From assembly GCA_040285855.1 (NCBI GenBank), contig JAUFOQ010000016.1, positions 2,790,001 through 2,854,000 on the forward strand: a stretch of 64,000 nucleotides of DNA. The letters run 5' to 3'. Under the pieces are notes generated by a model. The model was not told the DNA's origin. It was given only the letters and a program-made list of their open reading frames with translations, and made no database searches. Below, in pieces: positions 26,012-39,649 of the stretch (position 1 is its first letter; each line of letters begins with the position of its first letter). Made by a program: the position numbers and the translations under genes. Source of the DNA: Eukaryota sp. GEM-RC1 (lineage: Eukaryota).

Positions 26012-26134
26012 CTGTCGTTTTCAATTAATTTGCACTATCACACACACTTTTGCTATAATCTTGACAGAATTGACTAAAATCTTGACAACTTCTTTTCACT
26101 TCCCCTCAAATATCTCTCAGTATAATTCATAATT

Positions 26135-26449
26135 ATGAGCTTAAATCAAAACATCGTCTTAAATGAGGAGGACCCTGCAATCAATCCAACAACACCAGTT
26201 CCAAATAATTTGATGTCCTTTGAATCCTATGAAGATGCTGTTAACTCTCTGCAAAAGTGGGCCGGTGATAAAGGTTTCTCTCTCCGTACCGATGGTGGTA
26301 ATGAAGGCCGTGGACGTGTTTATCTTTTATGCTCCTGTGCTTCTGTCCATAGACCTGGTCGTGTTAATGAGAACAATGACATTGTTCGACGTCGCTCAAA
26401 GACAAGAGTTACGCAATGTGCTTTCAAGCTGTACCTTAAACTCATATGA
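26135..26449 (+). pseudogene. Mutator/FAR1-type DNA-binding domain, N-terminal fragment of a MULE-like transposase
   Basis: FESYEDAVNSLQKWAGDKGFSL...VYLLCSC...KTRVTQCAFKL pattern; cut at ~26445 by a non-LTR insertion. Confidence 0.6.
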
Positions 26450-27150
26450 AATTGTAAAAACAAACAAATAATACTAGGATTAAATCCAAACGACTTCATC
26501 ACCACCCGGTAAAAGATTTCGTTTTTCAACATTAACCTTCACACCAAACTTGTACAATTTCTCAATTACTAGTAATCGAGAGAAATAGAAATGCATATTC
26601 CGATACATGGAAAACACTATCCGGTTTTTCCGATCAGCCGTTCTAAACTTACGCTTCTTTTGTTTACACAGTTCTTCGAAATTCTGGAAAAATTGATCAA
26701 CATCAGGACTAAAAGATTCAAAAAGAGAAACAGCCAAAGGTGGAAACACAAATTTGGAATATGAGTTTCGATTTAATTCTTCAACTTGAGAGTCATTGTT
26801 AGAGTGTTTGAGCTTTTCAGCAGCTGTTAACGGATTAAAAGCAGAATCTAATATCCTACTAACACAAGATTGGTTCCATTCATGATTGACTCGATGTAAG
26901 CCGCGGAATATGGAGATCCCCTCGTTTTTGGTCAGTAAATAGATTTTCTGAAAGATGATTCAAAACTTTACAGTGCAAACCATGTGCTTTAAACATGGAA
27001 TAACCAGAATCACGTACACCATCATGAATTACTGCACGTAGATGAATACAAGAACGACAATTAATTAAATGGCGAAAAATTACCATTAGACCTACAGAGC
27101 AAGTTGAATAGTTTAATAGATTTGCAGGCCAAATAGCCAAACGAAACTCT
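26445..27150 (-). mobile_element. 3' fragment of CRE/R2-like non-LTR retrotransposon (zinc knuckle + restriction-like endonuclease), degenerate
   Basis: Close nucleotide copy of ~56870-57592 (AIWPANLLNYSTCS...RGDLH...KNRIVFS...GGDEVVWI) in the opposite orientation. Confidence 0.85.
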
Positions 27151-27169
27151 AATAATCAAAATCCACAAA

Positions 27170-27730
27170 GTCCAGATTACCGATCTAGAATTTCTCACCT
27201 ACCATATCCTCATAGTGTCTGCCAAGAGATAATAAAGCGTTAGATATAGAAGTCACCATACCTTTAAAGATAGCAAACACAATTCGATTTTTCCAAAATC
27301 TAAGATCAAAAGTCCTGGATGTTTTTTCTTTTATATTTCTTCACAAAGATTTCAAGTAGTGATGTTGCCGATTCACCTAAAGAACCGTACAGCGAAAATA
27401 CAAAAGGGTACAACAAGTAATTCGAGTGTGAAACCGAATTCAGTACAATTTCAATTTAGCACAATATTTTTCCATTAATAAATTTTCACCCAATCAACAG
27501 GGGGTTTTTAGCATTAGATTTAGCAAGCTTCTTGTTGGAATCATTACAAACGTCGATGGACATAACATCAGCAATAATGAAAGAACCATCGAGATCAGGA
27601 AATATGACATCACTACGGCTATTTCCGTACGAATTGTCAACATCCGTATCTTCAAACAAACCAGCCAGAACTGGTTCCAAAAAGGAAACTAATGCATAAG
27701 ATTTACACATACAGTGTAATTGATTTCTGT
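27170..27730 (-). mobile_element. Degenerate 3' fragment of a related non-LTR (REL-type) family
   Basis: EPVL...RSDVIF...IADVMSIDVC...FWKNRIVFAIFKG motifs parallel those of the 56703-57557 ORF. Confidence 0.6.
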
Positions 27731-28115
27731 TCTATAAAGTGAAAAAACTACAAAAAGGTTTGTTTCGTCGTTTGTTGTGCATGAATGAGTACGTACTCCA
27801 AACTCTTTCACACAATCTTACAGAGCATACTTGTTATTGTTGTGGATGCATTGACAATTTTTGTTCTTTATAAATCTTTTTTCTTGATCTTCATTGCCTT
27901 TCGGTATCAATAATTTTTGACCCAAACTGGTAATCTGTTTTTCGAACTATACTAACCATAGAATAATGAACGTTAAATCAACGTGCCAATGAACTATACT
28001 AAGGCTGACAGTCACAACAGTGTTTATTAGTGTGGTCCACAGTAAATTCAGATACTATAAATTAGTGTACAATGTAGTGCATCAAAAATTAATTTACTGA
28101 GCTATAAAAAACAAT

Positions 28116-28565
<450 letters not shown>

Positions 28566-29800
28566 ATGGGTAACTATTGTATAGGGGTGTACAAGGAAAA
28601 CCACGAAAGTATTCGAAAGGACCTAGATGCTATGACTGAAAACTCTTTACTCAAATTTACTTTGGATTTTTGTACCTGCAGAAGTGGTACTCCATTCCTG
28701 GGAGTTACTGTACATTACATCGATAAGAATATTGGGCTCAAAACTAAGATCCTTGATTGTGGGTTATTTACACATCCACATACTGCCGTCAATGTTGCTG
28801 AGTTGTTTAACAACGTTCTAGAACATTTCAAATTTGAGAACAAAGTTTGTTCTGTAACTTACAATGCCTCAAACATTCGTTTAACAAATTATTTGAGGAA
28901 TTATTGGGTACACCTGGTATTGTTTATCATAGAAGATGTTTGGCGTTCACATTGTTCTCAACCAATTATCTAGAAGTACTCCCAATTTTCTTGAAGATCA
29001 GGATTGTTTTTCGTCAAAAAAATTAGAGAATTTTGTGTCAGATCACACAGAAGCTCAGACTTGAGGGAACGTATTTCTGATAGATGCAAGTTGGAAGGAC
29101 TTGAAACCACCTCCATGATTTTTGATGTTTCAACAAGATGGAATTCGTCCTTCATGATGCTAGAAAGGTACAGCCAATTGATAGACATTGTAGATCATAT
29201 GATTTTCAATGACAACAAGTTGATGCATTTGAAACTCACCATTTCTGAAAGAGAAGATGTTCATCAGCTTTTGATCTTGTTATCTGATTTCTATGAGTTA
29301 ACTGAAACTTGTTCTTCGAGGTCTACTGGTACTGTGTCCGTAGGTTTACCTTTGTTCAATTTAATATAGGAAAAGCATAAAGTAATTTGCGATCGTGTAG
29401 AAGAACGTGAATCTGGATTTATTTCCGCCGTAGCAAGTGTTGGAAAAGTTTACGGAGTATATCAGTGGATGTCAAAGTGACAGAAGTGAGTTCGATCTTG
29501 CAGGATATGTCGGTCTTGTGTTGGATCCTAGATTCATAAACAATCAAAACTTCCTACCAAGTTGTTACATTGAGAGTGAAGAGATGCTGAAGGGTTCAAT
29601 GAGGGAGTTTGTTGAGTCCAAAGTCGGAAGTCTTGCAGTAAGTACAAAAGAATCGTAGAACAACCCTCAAGGAAAATGTCTAATGAAAGAGATTGCAAGG
29701 AAAAAAGTATGTGCTCGTAACGACGAACAATCAACTGACTTAGATGAACTTGATATCTATCTCAGCGATGGACTTATTGAAATGGACCAAGATCCTTTGA
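28566..29800 (+). pseudogene. hAT (Ac-like) transposase pseudogene
   Basis: FTLD...FLGVTVHYID, DVSTRWNSSFMMLERY, VLDPRF and ELDIYL...DPLMW motifs spread over several frames. Confidence 0.85.
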
Positions 29801-30750
29801 TGTGGTCACTACTCCGGCACAACGATCGAAGGCATACTTTACCGAACTCGATACTGAAACAGCTGAGGTTCAAAACTTTCTCAGCAAATCACCAGTAAGA
29901 GATCGAGATGATGTTGAAGTATGGAAATATAGATGTGGTGTTTTTCGTACTAGAAAGCCGAACAGCGGCTGGTCGAATCTCTCATCTCATGTTGTATCAG
30001 AACATGTTAATTGGAGAACGGAAACATGACAATTGCTTAGGGAAGCGGACTCAAATTAAGATATCTCAAGGATCCTCATTCCATGCAAAACGAAGCGTTA
30101 CCATTCTTGGTAGGACTGAGTTGTTAGTGAAGGCTTTTCAGTGGTTGACTCTGAAGTGACTGGTTGCTACACCAATCTCCAACCTATCTGTTTCAACACG
30201 TTTGTCGACCTCTTTGCCTGCCTTAAAGAACATGTGTATCATCAGTTGGAATCTCTACTTGGGTCATGCTTTGCGCTCATTATCGATGCTTGGAAAAGTC
30301 CGTCCACAAATGTTCATTATCTCGGAATCTTTGCCATGAATCGTTCTCTCTCATCTCCTGTCTTTCTATCACCGTTGCCTTTTGAGGCTGAAGCTGGCTC
30401 CACTGTCTTCGATAGAAGGTTTGGAACTGATGCAGTGATAAATTTGCTTGAACATTCTCTTGCAATGTTCAACAAATCCTGGCAATGGTTGCTTGTTTCG
30501 TAGCAGACAATTGTCTGACAATGAAAGCCGTAGCCACCAGAATGTCGTGTGGATTTGTAGGCTGCTCTTCTCATCGGTTTCAGTTAGGAGTACGGCAGTT
30601 CACTTCTCATTTAGACAATGTCTTCAGAAATATGAACACTACTATGAAACTGCTTTCTGAACCAAAAAGGGCGACTGTTTTGAACGGTTTCACGAAATTA
30701 AAGCTCAAAAAGCGGAATGTCGCTAGGTGGCACTCGACTGAAGCAATGGT
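29800..30750 (+). pseudogene. Second hAT transposase pseudogene (BED-like finger, catalytic region), truncated by a Gypsy fragment
   Basis: WKYRCG...SGWSNLSSHV, FALIIDAW, DNC, GCSSHRFQL, NVARWHST. Confidence 0.8.
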
Positions 30751-32390
30751 CTTTGTGCACTAAAATGGTACATACAAGATGGGTCGGGGCAGAACTGAAG
30801 CATGAGAGAGCGAGCAATTCTGGAGGGAGGGGCGGGACCTTGTACGGCTTCATTACCTTCATCTTCAGATTCGGTAGCGGATTCAAACTCTTCTTCCACT
30901 TAGGCAACAGCAGGGCGGGACAATGCTTCGGAAGCTTGAAGAGCAGCAACATAAGCTTGGAGGTCTTCCAAGAACTTACATGACTCGATACGGGAGGTTC
31001 CGTTCAAGAGCGGTGCTGATAGTGAGTTGGTAGAATGGGGATTGCCCACAGTGATTACTGTTGGTCTTTGTGCACTATAGGAATACATACTTGGTAGAGG
31101 AGAACCTTTATAAGGAGAAGAACCTCTATAGATGTAAGGGGGAAGATAAAAACCTAATATGAAATTACACAAAACTACAACTACAACACTGCCTTTTCTT
31201 CTTATTGGGTAATTCATATTAAAAATAAACTAGTAAGATGTACGATTTCTTGTTTTTATACGATGCTGATTGCGAGCTACAACAGGGGCGGACTTATGAT
31301 GTTGGGCTTTCCAAGCAGCGTCTAGTTTAGAGTTAGCACGAGCAGTTGCGGGACCTCTAGCCTGAGGAGGTTCATCAATGTACTTCCTGCGGTAAGCATA
31401 GTAGGCGGCGGTATTCTCTACTGAGCGACCTTCCCAGGTAGTGGTACCATCTAGCCAGCGGACTAGGTACTTGGGGTCTTGCGGGGATGTCAAGTCGTGA
31501 TCGATGAGTTTATCAATGACAACTTCTTCTGAGTCAGTGGCAGCGTAGGCTTGAAGCACGTTCTCGGAATGGTTGGTATGGCATTTCTTAACGTGGTACA
31601 GAGAGCATCTTACCGTGATTCCTGTGATTAGATTGCGGACGAGGCAATTCGAGGGATGATAAGAAACATCCTCGACTAGGTAGGGGCCAAACTCTCTGTG
31701 AATCATCAATCCCAAGGTCTACGGGGAGACAGAGGGAGATGTGATCCACGAATTCTGGAGCAGGTAAAGAAGAATCTACTGCGTTGCGTTGACTTGACGT
31801 TGGTTAGAGGAGCGGGACGATTAATGGTGGGTTCTCTAGAATTTCTGTGATGGACAGGCTGGCTTCGTGGCTGGTCTCTTGGAACACTTCGTGAGGGATT
31901 TTCACGAGCAGGGGGGTCTAGGGGAGCGATTTTGTTGGGCAGGGTATTGAGGGGTGGATAAGGGGCGGTGAAATCGACTCGCACGGCAGCCGGGGTCTGG
32001 ACAGTCGGCCCTGACATGTCCAGGTTCCTTGCAGTAAGCGCAAGTGAGATGAGAAGAAGGAGAGGGAGAGGGTCTAGAAGAGCGAGGTTGGGTTCTGGGT
32101 GGGCGGTTTGAAGTTCGATTGGGAGCTGGCTGTTGAGGACGAGGTTCATCAAGAGAATAGGAGAGTTGCATAGCTGCGAAAAGTTGACGAGTGAGACTTA
32201 AGATTTCGTCAAGAGAAGTAATTCTCCCATTTTTAAACGAGGAGAAAACACGGGACGAGACAGAGGAGGGAGTGATATTTTTGATGAAAGAGGACAAGAA
32301 GTGATCTACTTTATAGATCAGGTGAGAGATTTGTTTCTTGAGGTCTTGAAACCTCAAGACGTAACCGGCTAAGCGCATGGAAGACTCTTT
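30747..32390 (-). mobile_element. Internally deleted second Ty3/Gypsy chromodomain family: gag/CCHC joined to GPY+chromodomain, then spacer and start of the next gag
   Basis: CAYCKEPGHVRADCPDPGC (31902-32378); GPYLVE...IDKLIDH...KYLVRWLDGTTTWE (31230-31715); purine tract AAGAAGAAAAGGC-AG-TG at ~31190; new gag-like ATG at 31088 (APLLNGTSRIESCKFLEDLQAY, cf. PPYLQKTDQFSCLNFALEWRRY in family 1). Confidence 0.8.
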
Positions 32391-33074
32391 AATAACTCAA
32401 CTATAACTCAAACGGTTTCCGTTTGAACACCGTGATGGTGTCTTCTAAAAGCAAGAAAGTTGTCTGAGAGGGTTATTCCTCCTTGTCAACACTGAATATG
32501 TCCTTTGGAGATACATGCCTCTTGGTGTGAGAAACTTCAGAAGTTTATCACTTCAGTTTCTCCTTATAACAAGTAAGAAAGTGGAAGCTGTGATGTTGGA
32601 ATCGTGTCTTGTTACTTAAACACTTCTTTTGCAGACTCTGATGGTGTTTTAACACATCTTCTCTTCAAGTTTCACTATATTGAGTTCTGGTATTTGTGTT
32701 TATCTTAATGTTTTTGTTCCATAAATATGATTTAGTTTTAAAAATAGTTTCACTTACCGATCCGAAGTTCACCAACATAGAAGATTCGAATCTATCTCCT
32801 CATCTCTGTGTCCAAACGACTCATTGTTCTTCCCTAAGATGGATCCAGTGTCTGAAAGGTTGAAGTGTTCGATGGATGACAAACGATCTGTTTCTCCCAC
32901 TATGCCTGCCTCCATTATTCTCATCATCTTTTCTCAATCTCCTTACCAAGTTGTAATACCACTAATACGAATAAAAGGTTCACACTTTAGTACAGTTTAT
33001 CAACGATAAAGCCCATACTTTCGTAAATTGTAGTAGACGCAAGATCTATTTCCCTTAATATACTGTAGTGATTG

Positions 33075-33109
33075 CCGCAGGGGTGTCACTATATCGAGGG
33101 TTGACTGTA
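33075..33109. mobile_element. Probable Tc1/pogo-type terminal repeat (...TATCGAGGGTTGACTG-TA)
   Basis: The reverse complement TA-CAGTCAACCCTCGATAT resembles pogo/Tigger termini; the partner end was not found. Confidence 0.4.
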
Positions 33110-33459
33110 AATCCGGTTTTTTAAACCAAGGTAAATACTATTAATCATTGATTACTCAATATTGAATTGCCAATTCAGTTATTGCCAATCAATTAATTGC
33201 AATATTAATTGGTTGGCTAGACCCCATCAATTAATTGCCAATTAATTGACCAAACATCCAGTTGTTGGTCTAATTAGTTGGTTCTGAAGATGGTGGAGAC
33301 AACCATTGAAATCATACAAGTCATCAATCTAGTTTTACAGATATATACGCGAACGACATCCTTTTTTCCACTTATCATAGAGTGTGTCCACAATAGCCAA
33401 ATGATACAAATGAAATCTTTTCAACATAACTTACATCACTTTTCAACACCACTGACATC

Positions 33460-35058
33460 ACTTACTTGCAATAACATGACTCTACCAACAGAACGGAAAA
33501 CTCTTTGTTTGGCTTTCTTTTCTGTTATCGACACCACTAATTCGATGTCACCTGAATCAACTTCTCGAAGAGATCTTTGGAAATGCCGCTGTGAAGCAAA
33601 TGTCACGCAGAAGAAGGGAAGTGGTTGGACCAACTTATTTAATCAGCTAATGACGAAGTACTCTAATCTGGAGGATGAGTATAACCTTATACTCTCTAAC
33701 ACTCAAACAAACCTTACTGACTACTACGTAATGACAAATACCAAGTTCTCTACAACTGGCTTGAGTGGGTTATTCAAACTAATCTTCCTTTCTCTTTTGT
33801 TGAAATGCCTCAATCGCGTCAGTTTTCAAAACTCAAACCTGTGCGCGCCAACACACTGTTAAAGTACTCACGTTTGCTCAAGCAACCAGTATCAGAGAAA
33901 ATCACCAGACTGTTGAAAAACAAATTTGGGTTAATTATCGATGATTGGATGGAAGACCACTCAAAACTACATTATTTAGGTGTCTTTGCCAGTATTGTCG
34001 ATCAACGCTCTCCTATTCTTCTGTCACTTACTCCTTTTAAACTGGATGAATCTGTTGACATTCAAGACCTTTCGAATACTTTTTTTTGGCAGTGGCCAAG
34101 TTGTTGCCCTATTGGAACAGGTTTTGAAACAATACAAACAAGTTGTTCAAAACATTTTGTTTATTTTCGGATAATTGTCCAACAAACAAGAAGTTGTGCA
34201 GAACACTCAAAGTTCCTCTTGTTGGATGTGCAGCACATCGTTTTCAACTGGAGATGAGGGATCATTCTATTATTGTGGGCTCGATCTTGAAAAAACTTGG
34301 TCTTTATTTCCAAAACTTCGCCAAACAAAGTATGCTCTTATGTTGAATCATGATGGAGGCTCCACACCAAAAAGAGCTAATGCAACTACATTGTAGATGG
34401 ATGTCGAATCATTCCATGGTTAAATCATATTTTAGTCTGAAAAGTTCAATTTTGAAGATGGACAATGAAGTGACAAGTTTACTTCCGTCAGCCATGGACG
34501 AAGTTAACTTGAACAAGTTCTTCGAAGAAGCAGAGTACTTCAGAGAAATTTCGGTCTCTCTGCAAGAATCAAGCTTAAATATCGCTGAAGCAAGAGATTT
34601 ATTTGACTTACTTCATGAAGACTATGAAGACCAAAATGAAATATACTTATCTATGTTTTTGTTTAAAAGGCCAAAAAGTTAAAACTATCGTCCTACAAGA
34701 CCTGTTTTACACTTCTTACCACATTCTGAACACTGTTCTTGAAATAACTTCTGAAACTCTTCTTTAGTGACCACTGAAATTTTGGCAGAAAAATAGAGAG
34801 ATTCATTGTGATGACATCATCACGGTGGACATCTAACAGGGTTTGTTTTATTGTGAATCGAAACACATTGAGTCACCGTTGTGTATACCTGGAAGAATTG
34901 CCAAAAGCGTCAAATGAGAAGAATTTAATAAAGAATATTTATAAAACAAATTTGTGTGAAGTGAAGTCTACAAGTGACTCGAGTTGGAGTGAAGTCGAGT
35001 TGGAGTTCTGTAATTTCTACGAGTGGAGTGAAATCGAGTTGGAGTTCGCCCATCCCTA
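33460..35058 (+). mobile_element. Third hAT remnant: transposase pseudogene (~33460-34700), then subterminal GAGTTGGAGT repeats and a hAT-type terminus CATCCCTA (35051-35058)
   Basis: WKCRC...GSGWTNL, GLIIDDW, SDNCPTNK and VGCAAHRFQLE motifs; the terminus reads TAGGGATG on the minus strand, as at Ac-type ends. It is uncertain whether the terminus belongs to this transposase. Confidence 0.7.
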
Positions 35059-37357
35059 GTAATAGCAGTCACATCAGACTTGGGAAGTGGATCAAGTTCA
35101 ATTGAATCAAAAATCGCCATTATACGAGCTTCAACTTCAAACTTTTGCTCTACTGTTGCACATACAAAACTTGGAATTTCTGAAGAAATCTTACGAATTA
35201 CGTGTGCAATGATTAAAGAAACTTGAGGTCTAGTAACACGCAGAACAATGGCCAAAACATCTAAACATTCAATTAATGTATCACGAAGTTGAGCCAATCC
35301 ATGTTCAACGTCATACATTCTAGCATACTGGTCTCCAACACCATTAGTAACACAAGCACGAGCTAAAACCATGTACAAAAAGACACTTGATCCAAGCAAC
35401 CAAGACCTTAAATTTGAATAGCGGAATAAACCCTTCAAACAAGGTTCTAAATTCCCTTTAGTAAATACATCGTAATGAACAGGTTGTAGTCCAGGTTGCC
35501 ATTGAGGATTGGAGGAAAAATGTTTGAAAGGAACTTCAGATGAACAATCCATTGGTGACCAATTGACATTAGAGCATTTTGGACACCTATGTTGATCTGG
35601 GCCTGTCCAGACATTGGGATTATTACCATGTTCACGAACTCCTGAAGTTCCAGAATTTCCAACGATTTGGGTATGACCACAAGTTAAACAGTAATAGAGA
35701 TGCAGTCCACTCTTATTCAGATGAATTTTTGAAAAACAATTATTTGGAAAATTGAAAGAAATAAAAGCAGCTTCAATAGAGGAAGTAGTAAATGCCTGAC
35801 AAGAATCAGAATTTAAAACTTCACCAAGTGGAAGTAGGTAAGAAATAGAGTTTTCAAACAGATCATGAAGTTGTTTAAAATTAGAGTCAGGTATATTCTT
35901 ATTCTTAGAAATTAAAATAGCAGAAACCTTATGCCCAGTGATTTCAGAAAGGTCAATAGCTCCGCTTTGAAGTCTTTGGACTTCTTCCATGATTGCACGG
36001 TTACTCTTATAGTCAGTATCACCTGCTAGACCATTAAAATCGTTATCACTTATAACCAATGGAGCAAGTAAAGGAAGTCCTTTTGAAACGTGACAGGATT
36101 TTTCAAATTTACTTTCTAAATCATGAACTTTCACCTTCAAACTATTGTTTTCACTCTTCAAAAAAGAAATGGTGTCTTTAAGAGAATTCTCTTCATCACG
36201 GAACTGTGTGGTTAAGTCCATAATAGTTTGATCACTCGAGTGGATAAGATCATCATTTTCTTTTTTTAAGTCACTAACTAGACTTTTCAATGAATCTACT
36301 TCTTCTGATAACTGCTGATTTCGAGCTATAAGAGTTCCGTCGTTAATCAAAGATGATTCATCATCACAATCAGAAACATTCACACTTTTAATAATCTCAA
36401 TGATTTCACTGATTGTTGGTCGTAACATGGGATCAGAATTCAAACATCTTGAAATTAAATCCTTTAAACAATCAGGTACTGAAAAATCAAAAGGCAATGG
36501 TTTGTCTCGAAATTTCGCACCAAAAATCTGCTTCGTTGAATACCCTTCAAAAGCTTCTTTTCCAGACAAAATTTCATACATAACTAATCCAAGAGAATAA
36601 ACGTCACTAAGAGGATCAGAGGTTGATTCAAATTGTTCAGGTGCAGCGTATTTGAAAGTCACAGCATTAGCACTCGTTACTCTAGTAGTAGCTGAAACAG
36701 TTTGGGAAGTACCAAAATCAGCAACTTTAACATGACCATCCACTAAGAGAATATTACCTGGTTTCCAAGTCACCATGAACAACAGACTTCAGGTGGAGAA
36801 ACTTGACACCCTGGCAAAGCTCTTTAACGTATCTAAGTGTTACTGGTGACAGAGAACTTGGGAAGGGGGAGGGAAGAAGAAGCTCTTTCCATCACGATAC
36901 CAATGGATTCATTGAAGAAGGAGATGCCATAGACACGTATAATAGAAGGATGATTCAAGTTGTAGAGCAGATTCATTTCCTTTTGGAGTTGGAGTTTTCC
37001 TTTTTCCGTGAGTTCAACCATCTTTACAGCGACAGGGAGATCGGACCATTCAGCAGCGTAGACGACAGCAAAACCTCCCTTTGCGATCTTGGCTCCCAGA
37101 AGTATGTGATCGGAGGGAATTTGAGGGCAAAGATCGCCATTTCGAGAGGCTTGGACGAGATCCTGTAAAGCAAAATTGGTTTTCTTCTCGGTGAGACATT
37201 TGGTACGACAGATGGGACAGTTGTTAAAAGAAGCAGAACATTCAGTACAAGCAGTGTGTCCTTCACCACAGATCAATAGAGGGAGACGAGAAGATAGATT
37301 AAATGATTGATAACAGACAAAGCAGTCCATACAGAGTGTGAAGGAATTGGTTTTCAT
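34968..37357 (-). CDS. Gene A: RING finger + TKL-like protein kinase + coiled coil + RNF213-like RZ-finger module; two indels (~36765, ~36868); 3' end truncated by a hAT terminus
   Basis: CFVC...CGEGHTACTEC...CPIC RING; GGFAVV, VAVK, HGDLK (frameshifted), DFG and YAAPE kinase motifs. The C-terminal module is shared with genes B-D. The conserved ATG (MDCF) is at 37330. Confidence 0.8.
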
Positions 37358-37389
37358 TTTTCAAAACCATGAACTTGCTGAGTATGTAC

Positions 37390-38255
37390 ACCCCCAAACT
37401 GGGTCACTATTAGGAGGGGGTCACTATTTGGATCCTTTTGGCTTTGTTCATAAATGACCTATAAAACAACTTTATATTACATTATAACTCTAGTCAAAGA
37501 CTGCAACAACATCATTATCTATCTCCAAGTTCAATGAATTGTTGAGTTGAAGAAGGTCATCGATGTCGTCATCAGACGATTTTGGGTTAGGCACATAGTT
37601 GTGGATACCTAAATTCGAGGTATTTCGGTAGGTATTAGGTATTTTCATGTCTCGTATTGGAGATACCAAAGGTGCCCTTCTAATGCTACATTTAAATAGT
37701 ATTAATTTTCGCAAATGGATGAATTGTTCAATAACCTTCTGTTCATGCTCTTCAGAGGTAAGTTTACGTCCGCCACCGGAAATTCTAAAGCCTTTTGGGT
37801 CGGAGTTTCGGATGTTTACTTCTTGCTGCCTCCATTGGCGAAGCTGCTTTCTGTCCAATGCATACTTTTTTGGCTGTTGATGATACAGTAACTCCAGGTT
37901 GATTAAGCTCGGAAAGAATTGTGAGCTTTTGAGCATTTGTAATTTTGAGTCGTTTTGAGCTAGGAGATTGTTCAAGAGATGATCGGCGGAGCATATGAAG
38001 ATTTCAACAACAAGATAGAAGAGTGCTCAATGTGCGTTAAGTGTAAGAGAAGAGGATATATGAGAAAGATGGTTCAATAGGTGTTCAACCACACACTATT
38101 AAATCTAAATCTAATCGTATATTGTTTTATTTACATAAGACTGTATTTATCACCCAGTTGTGTAATCTTGATCAAAACTGGGACACTAAATTATAGCCCC
38201 ACCCCTAAAGTGGGGCACTATTAGGAGGTGGGTCACTAATTGGTGCCTGACAGTA
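37390..38255 (-). mobile_element. Internally deleted pogo/Tigger-like element (HTH DNA-binding domain remnant)
   Basis: KLTIL...TAKKYALDRKQLRQWR...GGGRKL...EQKVIEQF across ORFs 37785-37994 and 37490-37975; GG(T/G)CACTATTAGGAGG repeats at ~37401 and ~38212; end ...CTGACAG-TA. Confidence 0.65.
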
Positions 38256-38424
38256 GTTGTACATAACTTATCAATAAACTCTATATCGTATACTCTATAT
38301 CAGAACTTAAGAATTCCATATCAGAAGGGATTATACCCTCATTGACTACGGTAGCTTATGACTCTCACCAACGTGAAGTTAACCTCTAATTGAGCACTGA
38401 TCGATTATATTGATGAAATATAAC

Positions 38425-38487
38425 ACAACATTTGGTGTTACAACAATTGGTGTTACAACATTTGTAGATACAACATTTGTAGATACA
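38425..38487. repeat. Minisatellite, 4 x 15 bp (ACAACATTTG(G/T)(T/A)G(T/A)T)
   Basis: Read directly from the sequence. Confidence 0.8.
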
Positions 38488-39474
38488 TTGAATCGTTTCA
38501 TAAAAAACATGAAGTAGATACTGAGACGTGGCGATCAGCTTCTTCACTGCAATCGATCGCGAAGCATTTCCAACAGATACAGAACCCCTCACCATTCTCG
38601 AAAACAGACTATATATTTCTTCACTCATCCACTACTCTAGATTCCCTTTGTTTCCGTATATTAGTTTTCTTTTGTTGATACAATGTTGCGATAGTGCATC
38701 AGCATTGGGAGTCATATGTCCAGACAAGAAGTTAACAACTATACATGGTATACAATCTACTAACATAGGTCGGTTTACGAAGAGATGTGACCTGACTGAA
38801 TGTTGTTGAGTACATGTTGAACCTTTGGAACAACAATATAGTTATAGGAGATACTTGTTAGTTACAATGTATAGAAGTTCAAGCAACGTATGAGTCTTTG
38901 CATGAATGTCGCTTTCTTGATAATGAACTACGACAAGTGAACTCTGAAAATGATGGTTGTGGCATGCAGAATTTGATCCGAAATTTTTATTGTTTGTACT
39001 GAAATTCACAGATGTCGACACCATCACTGCTTTGTTTCTTTGCATAAGGAATGAGGCGTGCTTGTTTCGTTTTGTTGGGGAGGGTGGGTGGTAATTGCTT
39101 GAGGGAGCTATTTCGTACACAAATCCTTCGTATGTCACTGGTTTTTTTCTAATTTTAGTGTAGGTTCATTCAGATCCACGATTATATGGAGATGATCCTC
39201 AGTGGAGTCTCGAGGAACCTTTCATATCAGATCTTTGTAGAAATAGCTTTTTTTATATGTACATGTAGGATGGATAGAAACATCCGCTTTTTGAGTTACC
39301 ATGAACTTAACAGCAAATACAGCAAATACGTTACACCGCAATCGAATACTGACTTGTCATGTGATGCAAGCGTTTGAATTAGGAATGTCAATTAGTTTAG
39401 TTTAGTTCAGTTCACACTTTTTTTGAACTATTTGACATTCTGAATTTGAATGTTCTCCATTATATGTCACAAGC

Positions 39475-39649
39475 CAGTGATGTACATAAAAATAGCGTAC
39501 CGTACACTATTTGCCGTACACTACCGTACAATACGGTACGGCAGTGTACTCGGTATCCGTAAAATACGGAAACTGTGAAAATACGGAAATAATTTACGGC
39601 AAACTTACAATGGTACCGTATTTACGGCTACTATTTTTGTACATCACTG
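39475..39649. mobile_element. hAT-type MITE (175 bp)
   Basis: 12-bp TIR CAGTGATGTACA/TGTACATCACTG; 8-bp TSD TCACAAGC/ACACAAGC (7/8); many internal CCGTA/TACGG motifs. Confidence 0.9.

Noticed and set aside
33140..33275. Cluster of CAATTAATTG/ATTGCCAAT palindromic motifs (similarly TGTGATCACA at ~40410-40470)
   Set aside because: Probably transposon subterminal repeats, but no TIR pair or TSD could be defined, so they were not called.
38345..38370. GGTAGCTTATGACTCTC resembling a conserved LSU rRNA motif
   Set aside because: The match is short and imperfect, with no flanking rRNA similarity.
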